Shown in pieces: positions 26,986 to 38,300 of a stretch of 64,000 nt of DNA (position 1 is the first letter of the stretch; each line of letters begins with the position of its first letter). The notes below the pieces were generated by a model that saw only the letters and a list, made by a program, of their open reading frames with translations, did not search any database and was not told where the DNA came from. A program made the translations under genes and the position numbers. Source of the stretch: a virus; IMG/VR virus record IMGVR_UViG_3300027710_000027. One strand, 5' to 3'.

Positions 26986-27881
26986 TGAATCAGGAAAAAT
27001 ATTATACCAATGATGGGGTCTCCCCTACCGATGCCAATTGGGGCACGTATCAGAATGTAACATTAGGTGATGTTGTAAACAACTTCATCTTGATGTATAC
27101 AGACGATGGAGATTTATTAAATAATATCAATAGATATAAAGTTTTATTCCACGCCAAAAGAGCGGTACAGGAATTAAACTATGATGGTAATCGCCAGATT
27201 AATGCTTTACAGCTAGAAGTTGGGCATGACCTTAAATTTATCTTGCCTCCAGATTACGTAAACTATGTTCGTGTATCTTTATTTTGGGGTGGTAATTTGT
27301 ACCCAATGACTGAGAATCCTCAAGCTAATTCATCTATTGAATTCTTGCAGGATGATGAATATCAAATCTTATTTGATGATCAAGGCAATGCATTACAAGG
27401 AACATCTAAATTAGACTTATCCCGTATTGATGGTGAGAACTATATGTTATGTCCATTCAATAATCAGTGGGGTTGGTATGTAGATGGTCTTTGGTATTTC
27501 ACTTGGGGATTCGGTGCTGCTTATGGATTAAACACCGAGGTAGCAAACGTTAACCCAACATTTAGAGTAGATAAAGCAGCCGGAGTTATTAACTTTAGCT
27601 CAGGCATGTTTAATCGCTCTGTGGTATTAGAATATATTTCTGACGGGTTGTATCCAGGTGACGACAATCAAATTGTTATCAATAAGTTAGCAGAAGAGTA
27701 TATCTACTCATATATTAAGTGGGCTATTTTAAATACTAAGGCAAATCAGCCTGAGTATGTTATTAACAGAGCTCGCAAAGAAAAGGTTTCCAACTGGAGA
27801 AACACAAAGATTAGATTAAGTAATTTACACCCAGGTCGCTTGCTAATGAGCATGAGAGGCCAATCTAAGTGGATTAAGTAA
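26985..27881 (+). CDS. Tail ring / adaptor protein 2
   Basis: VLFHAKRAVQELNYD, LPPDYVNYVRVS, VVLEYISDG. Confidence 0.65.
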   Translation: MNQEKYYTNDGVSPTDANWGTYQNVTLGDVVNNFILMYTDDGDLLNNINRYKVLFHAKRAVQELNYDGNRQINALQLEVGHDLKFILPPDYVNYVRVSLFWGGNLYPMTENPQANSSIEFLQDDEYQILFDDQGNALQGTSKLDLSRIDGENYMLCPFNNQWGWYVDGLWYFTWGFGAAYGLNTEVANVNPTFRVDKAAGVINFSSGMFNRSVVLEYISDGLYPGDDNQIVINKLAEEYIYSYIKWAILNTKANQPEYVINRARKEKVSNWRNTKIRLSNLHPGRLLMSMRGQSKWIK

Positions 27882-30800
27882 ATGATAGAACTTCAAAGAA
27901 ATTTCCTTTCAGGGGTTATGAATAAGGACCTCGACCCACACTTCTTACCTGATGGGGCATATCGAGATGCGCTTAATATTATTGTAGGCGACTCTGATGG
28001 TGCATTTGTTGAGGAGGATGGCAGTCGTAATGGTGTAGCCCAAAACTATTTGGGTAATATTTTAAAAGGCGAAGACTTGGAGTTAACTAATGCTACTTGC
28101 ATTGGCTCGCTGGCTGTTGAGGCTAACAATTCTATTTATTGGTTGGTGGCATCTGACACATTAGATGCGGTGTATGAGTATAACGAAACGTTAGATATAA
28201 CAACTCCTGTACTTCGGGCTACTAAGTTAACACCCACTACGACTTCATTGCTTGGCTTTGACAAGGCGTATTTCGTTACAGGCATCAACTATATCAACGG
28301 ACTTCTTTTTTGGACTGACAACCTAAATCCTCCACGTAGGATTAATGTTGATCGTGCAAAGAATTATGCAGTAGATGGGTTTACTGAAGCTGACATAAAT
28401 GTTATCTTAGCCCCTCCATTAGAGGCTCCTGCAATTAATTTATATTCAGAAGGAGAAGCTAATAATTTAGAGAATAAGTTTCTTTACTTTTCTTATCGCT
28501 ACAAGTATTTAGATAATGAGTACAGCGCATTGTCTCCATTTTCACCTGTAGCATTCTTCCCAAAAGAATATGCTTACGATTATGGAGTGTCAGAAAACAT
28601 ATCTATGGTTAATAACTTTAACACAGCAGATATAACTTTTAACTCTGGGTCAAAGAACGTAAAAGAAATCCAATTAGTATTTAGAGACACTCAAAGTACT
28701 AACACATACATAATTGATAGCTTAGTTAAAGAGCTAAATAATTATAACGACAATACAGAGTATTCTTTTAAGTTCAAAAACAATAAAGTATTCACGTTAC
28801 TTCCTGCTGAGCAATTAAATAGACTTTTTGACAACGTGCCAATTAAGGCGAAGTCTCAAGAATTAATTGGTAGTAGATTGGTGTATGGCAACTATACTCA
28901 GTTCTTTAATTTATTAAAGGAAAATAAGGAGCCAATTAACCCAGCTTTCTCATTATCATTAGTAACGCAATCTATTTTAAGCGGCACTCCTACTCCTACA
29001 TTTAAGAGTAATAGAGATTACGAAATAGGTATTGTATATTTAGATGATTATGGTAGAATGACTACTGTAATTACACCAACAGAGAATACTAACACAATTT
29101 ATATTCCTGCATCAAATGCTATCACCGGAAATAATATCCGTGTAACTATTGATGGTACTTATGAGCCACCTTCTTTTGCGACTCATTATAGATTTGTAAT
29201 TAAGCAAGATAAGCAAGAATACTATAACGTATTCCCATTGACTTATTTTGAAGACGGGCAATTCAAGTGGTTTTTAATTAACCAAGCAGACCAAGATAAA
29301 ATATCTGTTGGCTCTTACGTATATCTTAAGAGTGCAACAAATAATACTAATATTCAGTATAAGATATTAGATATCCAATCTAAGAATGCAAACTTCTTAA
29401 ACAGTGCTGATTCTAATCAGCCTGCTGGTGTATACTTTAGAATTAAGATAGAGTCATCTGTATTGCCTCCTCTTACATATTTCTACGACTACAATGTTGG
29501 AGGTGGAGAAGATCCACCTAGCACACTAGTTACGGATAGATTTAATGTTGCTGAGAACGCTATTTTTTATGGTGTTGGCATCAACGATATGATAGTAGGT
29601 GCAAGCAATGCTTACACAGGAGCAAATGATGCTAGGTTCTATGTTGAGATTGACTCTACATCAGGTGTAGCTGATACATTTAAGTATTATGTTTCATATG
29701 ATGGCAACTACAAAGTATTAGTTGCTAGTGGAATTACAATTAACTCAGCTGCTGACCAAACACTAACTTATTCAGGTAGTACTTGTTCTATTAGATTCTT
29801 GTCAAACACAGGCCACAGAACAAAGGACTATTGGGTTGTTAATTGTAGAGGTAATTTAGAAGATGTATGTTTAAATATATTTGGTGGGCTTATTGACCAT
29901 AGCACTCCTGTACCGGGCGTATTTTTTACTTTAGATGGATGGAGTCCATCACCGGGTGATAATCAAGATAGACCTGTTAATGCAGGTGCTATATTGACGT
30001 TTAAATACAAGGAGACTAACGGTACTGACCAATGGATTACTCAAACATTTATATCAACAAAAGATTACGTAAATATTGAGGAGTGGTTTATTGAAGATGG
30101 AGCATATCAGAAATGGATTGCTTTAGATGAATCAGATCAAAGTATTGGGCCTAAGAATGTTTGCTTTAGACGTGGGGTATTAGTTTCTACTGGTAGACCA
30201 GGTCTTATATCACAAGGGTCAACTATTGCTCCAAGCACTTTGACGTACCCTGTGTACATGTATTTTTATTCATTCCAGGGGGGAGTTGAACCTGCTATTG
30301 ATACACAGTTTTCATTACAGCAGTCTGAGTTCCCATCTTTGTTTGAAACAGTTCCATTAGACACCAACCAAGATATATATTATGAGCTTTCACAAACGTA
30401 TCCTATTATCGATGGCAATCACTATGGAAATGTTGACAATCAGAATATTGCATTGGGTGCTCCGGCGATAATAAGTTTAAACACGTTTAACTTTAATTCC
30501 GATTTTAACGCATTCTCATTTGGTAATGGAGTAGAAAGTTTTAGAATTAGAGATGACTTTAATTCTGCAACAATGCAATTTAGTCCACGTGCTAATTCAA
30601 CTATTGAAGGATACGAACAACAAACAGTTGTTCAAGCACTAACATATAGTGGTATTTATACTGAAACAACTGCAATTAATAGGTTAAATGAGTTTAACTT
30701 ATCACTTGGTAACTTTAAGTATTTAGATAGATTCTTTGGGTCTATTCAAAAATTATTCTCTCGTGATACAGATTTAATTGTATTACAAGAAAGTAAAGTA

Positions 30801-32018
30801 TCTAAGGTTCTTTATGGTAAGAATTTATTGAGTGACTCTACAGGTGGAGGCGTTGTTGCATCCATTCCTGAGGTATTGGGTACTCAGATTTCTTACGAAG
30901 GTGAGTATGGAATTAGTTTAAACCCAGAGAGTTTTACTAAATGGGGGAATGATTTATTCTTCACAGATGCTAGACGTGGTGCTGTAATGGCATTACAACC
31001 TAATGGGTTATTTGAGATATCATCTCAAGGCATGAAAAACTGGTTTAAGGCGAACCTAGATACCAATACAGTAAAACTAGGTATGTTTGATCCATACTTC
31101 GAGCATTATGTTTTAGCTGTAGATAACGATAGAAAGATTGAAACTTGTTATATCTCAGTAACGCCTACTAGTTTATCTTTCAATGGCACAGTGCAAAAGA
31201 AATCATTCTATATTGAGTCAAATACAGATTGGGTAATAACGGTGCCTACTAACGGATGGTTGACGATTAGTGATAGATTTGGGTCAAATAACCAACTGAT
31301 ATATGTTGAGGTTTTAGAAAACTTAGGAGCTCCAAGAAGTTTAAATATCACTGTATCAGGATGTACAGATGACATTACTATAGCAGTTACACAAGCTACA
31401 AAGCCAGTTGTTTATGACTGGTATGAGTTATTGAATTGTGAGACATTAAATACTATATTTTCTGAACAATACGCAGAAGGATCATTTGATTTAAATGAGC
31501 GTGTTACTTCTGATGGTGATACGTATACTATTACAGATATTCTAAACACTGAGCCTGAGGGCGAATTAATACCTATTACTACAACAGGAGAAGAGGGATG
31601 CCCTACTCCAACTTTTGATTGGTATGCATTATACAAGTGTTCTGACGGATCTACAGCTAACTCTCAGGCATATGCGATAGGCACATTCTCTGTTAATGAT
31701 AGAGTTGAATCAGGTGGGTCTACTTACTCTATAACTAGCGTATTGGGATCAAGCCCTGGTGGAACATTAATATCAATTACAGATACAGGTTTAACAGGAT
31801 GTCCTACATTGACAACTTACTATGAGTTGTCTGAGTGTTCCCCTGGTGTTGGTATTGCATACACTACGATAGTACCAGTTTCTGTAGGAAGAAGATATGT
31901 ATTGCCTAGTATGACCCCTGTATTCTACACTTACACAGGAGCTACGCTTACACAAAGCACACCTCCACCTGCATACAATGGCTCAATTCAAATTACACCG
32001 TTCTATAGTTGTCCGTAA
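27882..32018 (+). CDS. Tail nozzle/muzzle (P22 gp10 / T7 gp12-like) with C-terminal Cys-module repeats
   Basis: RNFLSGVMNKDLDPHFLPDGAYRDALNI start, propeller-like repeats, YFTDARRGAV-like motif; three terminal Y..L..C...CP units. Confidence 0.75.
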   Translation: MIELQRNFLSGVMNKDLDPHFLPDGAYRDALNIIVGDSDGAFVEEDGSRNGVAQNYLGNILKGEDLELTNATCIGSLAVEANNSIYWLVASDTLDAVYEYNETLDITTPVLRATKLTPTTTSLLGFDKAYFVTGINYINGLLFWTDNLNPPRRINVDRAKNYAVDGFTEADINVILAPPLEAPAINLYSEGEANNLENKFLYFSYRYKYLDNEYSALSPFSPVAFFPKEYAYDYGVSENISMVNNFNTADITFNSGSKNVKEIQLVFRDTQSTNTYIIDSLVKELNNYNDNTEYSFKFKNNKVFTLLPAEQLNRLFDNVPIKAKSQELIGSRLVYGNYTQFFNLLKENKEPINPAFSLSLVTQSILSGTPTPTFKSNRDYEIGIVYLDDYGRMTTVITPTENTNTIYIPASNAITGNNIRVTIDGTYEPPSFATHYRFVIKQDKQEYYNVFPLTYFEDGQFKWFLINQADQDKISVGSYVYLKSATNNTNIQYKILDIQSKNANFLNSADSNQPAGVYFRIKIESSVLPPLTYFYDYNVGGGEDPPSTLVTDRFNVAENAIFYGVGINDMIVGASNAYTGANDARFYVEIDSTSGVADTFKYYVSYDGNYKVLVASGITINSAADQTLTYSGSTCSIRFLSNTGHRTKDYWVVNCRGNLEDVCLNIFGGLIDHSTPVPGVFFTLDGWSPSPGDNQDRPVNAGAILTFKYKETNGTDQWITQTFISTKDYVNIEEWFIEDGAYQKWIALDESDQSIGPKNVCFRRGVLVSTGRPGLISQGSTIAPSTLTYPVYMYFYSFQGGVEPAIDTQFSLQQSEFPSLFETVPLDTNQDIYYELSQTYPIIDGNHYGNVDNQNIALGAPAIISLNTFNFNSDFNAFSFGNGVESFRIRDDFNSATMQFSPRANSTIEGYEQQTVVQALTYSGIYTETTAINRLNEFNLSLGNFKYLDRFFGSIQKLFSRDTDLIVLQESKVSKVLYGKNLLSDSTGGGVVASIPEVLGTQISYEGEYGISLNPESFTKWGNDLFFTDARRGAVMALQPNGLFEISSQGMKNWFKANLDTNTVKLGMFDPYFEHYVLAVDNDRKIETCYISVTPTSLSFNGTVQKKSFYIESNTDWVITVPTNGWLTISDRFGSNNQLIYVEVLENLGAPRSLNITVSGCTDDITIAVTQATKPVVYDWYELLNCETLNTIFSEQYAEGSFDLNERVTSDGDTYTITDILNTEPEGELIPITTTGEEGCPTPTFDWYALYKCSDGSTANSQAYAIGTFSVNDRVESGGSTYSITSVLGSSPGGTLISITDTGLTGCPTLTTYYELSECSPGVGIAYTTIVPVSVGRRYVLPSMTPVFYTYTGATLTQSTPPPAYNGSIQITPFYSCP

Positions 32019-32045
32019 TATTAAAATAAGTAAATTTGTAAGCAT

Positions 32046-32774
32046 ATGGCTAACTATACAATAACATATTCTCCGAGATTATCAGGATGGACATCATACC
32101 ACTCATATTTACCTGAGTGGATGGTGTCTATGAATAATTATTTGTACACATTTAAGAATGGTAATTTATATAAGCATAATTCCAATATAACTAGAAATAG
32201 TTATTATGGCGTTTTATACCCATCTAAAATAACTACCATTTTTAATACTGAACCGTCTCAGACAAAGTCATTTAAAACTATAGCCACTAATTCAACTACT
32301 GCTTGGGAAACAGATATTTTATCTGATCAAGGAGAAGGTTACATTGATGCTGATTGGTATGACTTAAAAGAAGGGACGTGGTATGGTTATATTAGAAGAA
32401 CTGAATTATCTGCCAATGATGTATCTATGACATCTGTTCAAGGTATAGGCAATGTAACTACTTATGCGGCAGGTCTATTAACATTTACGTTTAATATAGG
32501 CGATATAATTAGCACAGGAGATATTCTTTATTGGGTAAACGCAGGCGTACTTACACGCATTGGGCCAATTACTGCGCATACCGCAACTACAGTAACCGTG
32601 AGTGTGACTGGCACTGCACCGACAAATGGTAGTTTTATTCTTTATGAGAAAAGTCCTGTGGCAGAATCTAGCCCAACAAGAGGCACTTACTTAAGCGTAG
32701 AGTTTACAAATAACGATACAGATTACACTGAAATGTATATGGTAACTTCTGATGTATTTAAGAGTTATCCTTGA
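32046..32774 (+). CDS. Tail nozzle-associated protein
   Basis: GWTSYHSYLPE...KSFKTI...KEGTWYGYI; TAAATTTG promoter at 32031-32038. Confidence 0.6.
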   Translation: MANYTITYSPRLSGWTSYHSYLPEWMVSMNNYLYTFKNGNLYKHNSNITRNSYYGVLYPSKITTIFNTEPSQTKSFKTIATNSTTAWETDILSDQGEGYIDADWYDLKEGTWYGYIRRTELSANDVSMTSVQGIGNVTTYAAGLLTFTFNIGDIISTGDILYWVNAGVLTRIGPITAHTATTVTVSVTGTAPTNGSFILYEKSPVAESSPTRGTYLSVEFTNNDTDYTEMYMVTSDVFKSYP

Positions 32775-32795
32775 TAATTTAATTATATTTGTAGA

Positions 32796-33203
32796 ATGGA
32801 ATTTAATATAAGGTTACTAAACGAAAGTGACTACGATGAAACATTGGTTAAGTGGTGGAAAGATTGGAGATGGGAAGCACCGGCAAAAGAAATGCTACCG
32901 AATAATGGAGTAGGTGGTTTTATGGTTTCAAAAGGAGACATAAATATTTGCGCAGGTTTTGCTTATTTAACCAATTCAGGTATTGCTTTTTGTGAGTTTA
33001 TTGTATCCAATTTTGAATATAAAGAAGAAGACAGAAAAGAAGCAATTGAATTTTTAATTGAATCTATTTCTGTTGTGTGTAAAAACTCAGGACACAAAGC
33101 TGTTTGGACTGTTTTACGCAATAAGAGCTTAATAGATAAATACGAAAATTGCGGATTTATTAAAACGCAAGAAGGATGTACCGAAATGATAAAATTATTA
33201 TAA
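32796..33203 (+). CDS. GNAT-fold virion assembly protein (P22 gp14/T7 gp13-like position)
   Basis: Acetyltransferase-like pattern directly before the ejection genes; TATATTTG promoter at 32784-32791. Confidence 0.6.
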   Translation: MEFNIRLLNESDYDETLVKWWKDWRWEAPAKEMLPNNGVGGFMVSKGDINICAGFAYLTNSGIAFCEFIVSNFEYKEEDRKEAIEFLIESISVVCKNSGHKAVWTVLRNKSLIDKYENCGFIKTQEGCTEMIKLL

Positions 33204-33204
33204 C

Positions 33205-33897
33205 ATGGGAATAGGAACAGCTGCCGCTATAGGTTTAGGAATATCTGCCTTAGGTTCTGGCTACCAGATATACCAAGGGCAAAAAGCAAGAACAGATGCT
33301 AGTAATGCGGCTAGTAAGGCTGCCCAACAATTTGCAGCCATTAATGAAGCTAATAAATTTGCGGATATTCAAGTTCCTACATTAGGGCTTGAGTTGGCTC
33401 AACAAAATATGCAAGCAAGACAAGCTAGTAATATACAAGCATTACAAGAGGGTGGCGCAGCTACTGTTCTTGGAGGATTGACTGCAGCAAATCAACAAGC
33501 GCAAGCTCAAGATTTACAATTAGCTGCACAAGCACAAGAAGCCCAATATGCACGTGATATAGCTAGAGCTCAAAATGCACAGCAAATTGAAGCTAATAGA
33601 GCTAACAGAGAAGCATCATTAGCACAAAGTAGAATTCAAGGGGCTCAGATTGCCGCTGCTGAAGGAGCTAGTAATATTGCTGCTGGGGTTGGCGGTTTAG
33701 CACAAGGTGCTTCTGATATTGCAACATTGGCATCATATAAAGACATTTATGGTAACAAAGGTACTTTGGGGGATACAGCTTTTGGCCAATCGGTAAAAGA
33801 TTATTCAAACCAATTGAATACAACTCCCATGAATTTTAATATGCCTAGTGGTATAACAGGGTACTATGCTAATCCATACTCTAAAATAGGACAATAA
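33205..33897 (+). CDS. Internal virion / ejection protein (small)
   Basis: Hydrophobic Gly/Ala N-terminus and Ala/Gln-rich coiled coil. Confidence 0.7.
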   Translation: MGIGTAAAIGLGISALGSGYQIYQGQKARTDASNAASKAAQQFAAINEANKFADIQVPTLGLELAQQNMQARQASNIQALQEGGAATVLGGLTAANQQAQAQDLQLAAQAQEAQYARDIARAQNAQQIEANRANREASLAQSRIQGAQIAAAEGASNIAAGVGGLAQGASDIATLASYKDIYGNKGTLGDTAFGQSVKDYSNQLNTTPMNFNMPSGITGYYANPYSKIGQ

Positions 33898-33899
33898 TT

Positions 33900-35330
33900 A
33901 TGGCAGAATACGCAGGATATGTAGCAACCCAACCAATTGATTTTGGGAAAATCGGTACTGGATTAGTTTCCAATGTTATTGATTTGCAAGAAAGAAAAAG
34001 AGCTGAGGATGAAAAGGCTTTATTGCAACAAGAAAAACTCCAAGAGAAACAAGATTTGTTATTAGCTTCAGAAACTGAAAAAGCTATGGCTCCTCTTCGT
34101 TCTGGGTTTAAAGCTGTGTCTGCACCTACTATAAAGGAGATTAAATTCAAAGCAGTAGATGGAATAGCTAATAGATTACAAGAATTAGAGAATCTACAAA
34201 AGTCGGGCCAAATATCTAAAATGGATGCTAAGATTGAGAGAGAAAATCTAGTTCAAGATGTAAACGATTTAAAGTCTTCTATTGATGGTTATGCTAGTGC
34301 AGAACAAAGAATAATTGCAGATGCTGAAAAACAATCTCCATTGGGAAGGTATTTTAATGAAATATTTTTGCAAACAGGAGATTTAGAAAACACATCTCCT
34401 ATTATTAAAGATAAGCGATTAATGTTTGCTAAGATAGATCCAAATACAAATGAGGTTATTGAGGGAACTGAAACAACTCCTGGCATTGTAGCTAGATACG
34501 ATAAGTTCCAAGATGACATAGTTAACTACGATCTAGCTGCCGATAAATTCAAGGTAGCAACTTATGATGTATTATCTAATTTAGGAGCTAGAGGGTTGCT
34601 CAAAACATCCTCTATGGAAAACAATCCTGATTATAAGAATGCTAAAGATACATTTATTGCTAGTTATGTAGCTACACCTTATGATGTAGCACGTGTGCTT
34701 TCTGAAAGAGAGGGTTACGATTTTTATAGAACAGACTCAGAAAAGAAAGAAAAATTAAAAGCAAACCCTAATGCAAAACTTATATTTATAACAAAAGATG
34801 CTAATGGGTTCCCTGCACCTGTCATTGATGAAAAGATGAAAGAGGAGGCAGTGGGTAGTTTAAATGAATTAATTTCTGCTAAAACAGGTCAAAAGAAATC
34901 AGTAACAACTAATCCTAATGCCATTAAGACTACTGGTGGCGGAGGTGGTAAGCCTAAAGTTGCCGATGTAAATAGAGCTACACTAAGACAGGTAGCTGTA
35001 AATAACCTAACTGATATACAATCAAAAGGTAAAGATAGTGAAGCTGCAAAAGATATAGCAAATGATTTAAATAATAAAGGATATTCAATTACAAATATTA
35101 TAACCATACCAGGCGGTGTTAAATACGTTGATGCTAATGGCAAAACTGTATACACTGTAGCTGATTTAAAGAGTACATTTAAAGCTATTCACCCATCCAA
35201 CAAAAGCGGAATTATTGAAAAAGATTGGTTACTTTTGTCTGGTAGTAAGCCTGCAGCAAAATCTGCTGCAAAGCCTAAGGCTGCAGCAAAACAAAAGACT
35301 AAGAAGGCGGGTAAAGCAGACGCATTATAA
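33900..35330 (+). CDS. Internal virion / ejection protein (medium)
   Basis: 476 aa helical protein between the small and giant ejection proteins. Confidence 0.6.
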   Translation: MAEYAGYVATQPIDFGKIGTGLVSNVIDLQERKRAEDEKALLQQEKLQEKQDLLLASETEKAMAPLRSGFKAVSAPTIKEIKFKAVDGIANRLQELENLQKSGQISKMDAKIERENLVQDVNDLKSSIDGYASAEQRIIADAEKQSPLGRYFNEIFLQTGDLENTSPIIKDKRLMFAKIDPNTNEVIEGTETTPGIVARYDKFQDDIVNYDLAADKFKVATYDVLSNLGARGLLKTSSMENNPDYKNAKDTFIASYVATPYDVARVLSEREGYDFYRTDSEKKEKLKANPNAKLIFITKDANGFPAPVIDEKMKEEAVGSLNELISAKTGQKKSVTTNPNAIKTTGGGGGKPKVADVNRATLRQVAVNNLTDIQSKGKDSEAAKDIANDLNNKGYSITNIITIPGGVKYVDANGKTVYTVADLKSTFKAIHPSNKSGIIEKDWLLLSGSKPAAKSAAKPKAAAKQKTKKAGKADAL

Positions 35331-35337
35331 ATAATAA

Positions 35338-38300
35338 TTGATGGATAACACTAGCAGAAAAAAATTACATAATTTATTGGTAAGTGAGAATCTTTACACT
35401 AAATCATTTGATGATTTTGAGAAGCAGTTTTCAAATCCTGAATCTCAAAAAAAATTACATGGATTATTAGTTTCTGAAGATTTATATACCAAGCCTGAAA
35501 CAGAGTTTTATACTCAGTTTTTTGGCGAAGCTAAAAAAAAAAATCCGTCACAACCTACAGAAGAAGTTCTGTCTGTTTCTGGGGCGTCTGCTTCACCTAC
35601 GGCTCCTCGTCAAAAGGGTTCTATATTAAAATCTCCTACACAAGGAGAAAGCATGGGATTGCTATTATTAGACCCATCAAAAAAGAAGAATAAATTTGAT
35701 TATACCAATCCCGTTTTTTTCGCTCCTAAAGGGAGTGTTACTAAAGATGTTGATTTTGTTGGTAAAGCTTTAAGCGGTAAATCAAAAGACTTATCTATTA
35801 AACAAGTCGATTTAAAAAAGAGGGCTGATTTGTTGTCAAAACAATACGATGAGTTAAATGCTTACATCGAATTAAACCCTAATGACCCATCGGTCAATGC
35901 TAAGATTGCTACTTTAGAAAATCAAAAAGAATCATTAAATAAAGAGTCTGAAACTGTAAACCAAGATGTTGCACAGTTAAATCAAGATGTAAAGGGATTA
36001 AATAAATTAGTCACTCAAAACTATGCGGAAAAAGCCAAGCAAGGTAATTGGGGTGGTGCTCTTTGGAATTCTGTTGTAACTGGATTCGAAAAGTATGGCC
36101 AAGGTATGCAAAGGGCAACCATTGATGCAGGTATTGAAATACTTGATTTAATGGGAATACCTTATGCAAGCAAGCAAAAGGAATCTGAGCTAAGAAACAA
36201 GGTTATCAAAGAATCAAAAGGCAAACTTACCGAAGATCAAATACAAACTAAAGTTAAAGACCTTTCTAAGAAAGAAGTTATTAATGAGTTTAAACCAATT
36301 CTAAAGAAAGGTTACGAAGGAGTAAAATCTGAGGGTACTACTGAGGAATTTATTCAAGAAAAAAAGAAGTCAGGGGATATTGCTCAGGCCGTATTAGGTG
36401 TTGCTGAAAGTATTCCTATGATGGCTTCAGGTGGATATGGTCGTTTTGCTACAGGTGCAATGCAAATGTATGCTAATCTAAATGAAGAGATGGATAACAA
36501 TCCTCAGACAGCTTCAATGGATGAGAACGAAAGAAAGAAGATAACACTTCCCATTGCGATTGTATCTGGATTCTTAGAGGATTTTGGATTTAGAAATGTA
36601 TTAGGTAAAGGCACCCCTTTGTTGGGTAGATTTACCAATATGGTATTGTCTCAGATTCCTAAAAATGCTACGTTAGGAGCTATAGAATTAGCTACTAAAA
36701 AGGTTGCAGAAAGTGCTGTAGGTAAGATGATTTTACAAGGAGGAACTACAGCAGCAAAAGCCTACTTAAGTGAATTTGAAACTGGTGGTCTTCAATCTGC
36801 GACAGAAGTTGTTACTAAGGAAATTTATGACAAGGCAAATAATATTGACTTATTTGAAAACCCTAAATTGCTTTCAGGTGAATTTTTAGATAAGGTTTTA
36901 TATGATGCACACGTAGAAGGCTTAGGTGGTCTTATTATGGGTGGTACAATTTCAGGGGCCCAAAGAGCTTTGTCAGGAAAGCAAATGAGTGATGCTGACT
37001 TTGAAGAGTGGAGAGACTTGGTGTTGGATGACAACCATATGACAGCCACTTTAGCAAACTTGCAAGTGCAATTTATCGAAGGTAAGATTACTGAAGATCA
37101 AGCTAAGGCATCTATAAAAGAACTAGCTAATAGCAAAAAAATATTGCAGGAAATACCTGACAATCTTTCTACTAAAGGACAAAGGGAAGCTTTTGCTTTA
37201 ATTGCACAGAATCAGAAAGTCCAAAATGAGATTGATGATTTATCTGCTTATATGGCAAATAAAAATCCGCAATTAGTTAAAAACATTGCAGCTGAAATTG
37301 AAAGTAAGCAAGCGATAATAAATAAAAATAACGAACAACTATCTAAAATACCAGAAAATGCCGTTCAAGAGCAAACAACAAGTGAAGTACCTGTACAGCC
37401 AGAAACCGGAGTTAGCGGAGAAGTGGCGCAAGGAGAACCCCAAGCAGAACCTGAAGTCGTTACCGAAGAAGTTAAAGCAGAAGAAGTAACTCCTACTGAA
37501 GAAGTAGTAACTACTACAGAAGAGGTTGTTACCCCGGCTGTAACAATAATTGATGCAGTAGATAAGCCTAAAGTATTTACATTAGATGGCAAAAGGGGTA
37601 GTTTGTATACTGAAGAGAATGGCACAGTTGTGTTTGAATCTGACGATAGAATTACTGAACTTGGCAACATCAATGAAATACAAGACCAATCTCTAGAAGA
37701 GTTAGGTCTTTCTGAGGAGGCACCTTTAGAAATCACAGTAAACGATGACAACTCTGTAACAATAGAGGGTAATACTTTACTAAATAATTATAGCGATCCA
37801 ATGGCTGCTATTAATTATGATGAAAATGGTGATGTAGTATCTGTAAACTTAGATACGAATAACAATCAAAAAAGAACAATCCGTGGGCAACGTGCTCAAG
37901 AGATAGCTTACCAATACACACTTAAAAACTTTGAGCAAAATGCAACAGAACAAGACATCGATGAAGTCTTCGGAGCCATCGAACAAACTCCAACAACTCA
38001 AGGAGTCACTGAGCAAGTTACCAGTGGCCCAACGGTTACAGTTACTGAAGAAGTTCAACCTGAAGAAGTAGTTGAGCAAGTAACAGAAGAGCCTGTCACA
38101 CCTACAAAAGGTAAGAAAGCCCCATCAGCTAAAAAGATATTAGGTCAAGAGCCTGGTAAGAAAGTTCCTGTTAATGAAGTTACAGGATTAAAAGAAAAGT
38201 TGCGAGTAGAATCTAAGGCTGCTAAGACAGGATTTGACTTTGCAGAAAAAGCAAGAAAGCTTATTAATGATTATGTAAAGAAAAATATTCAAGGTGCATT

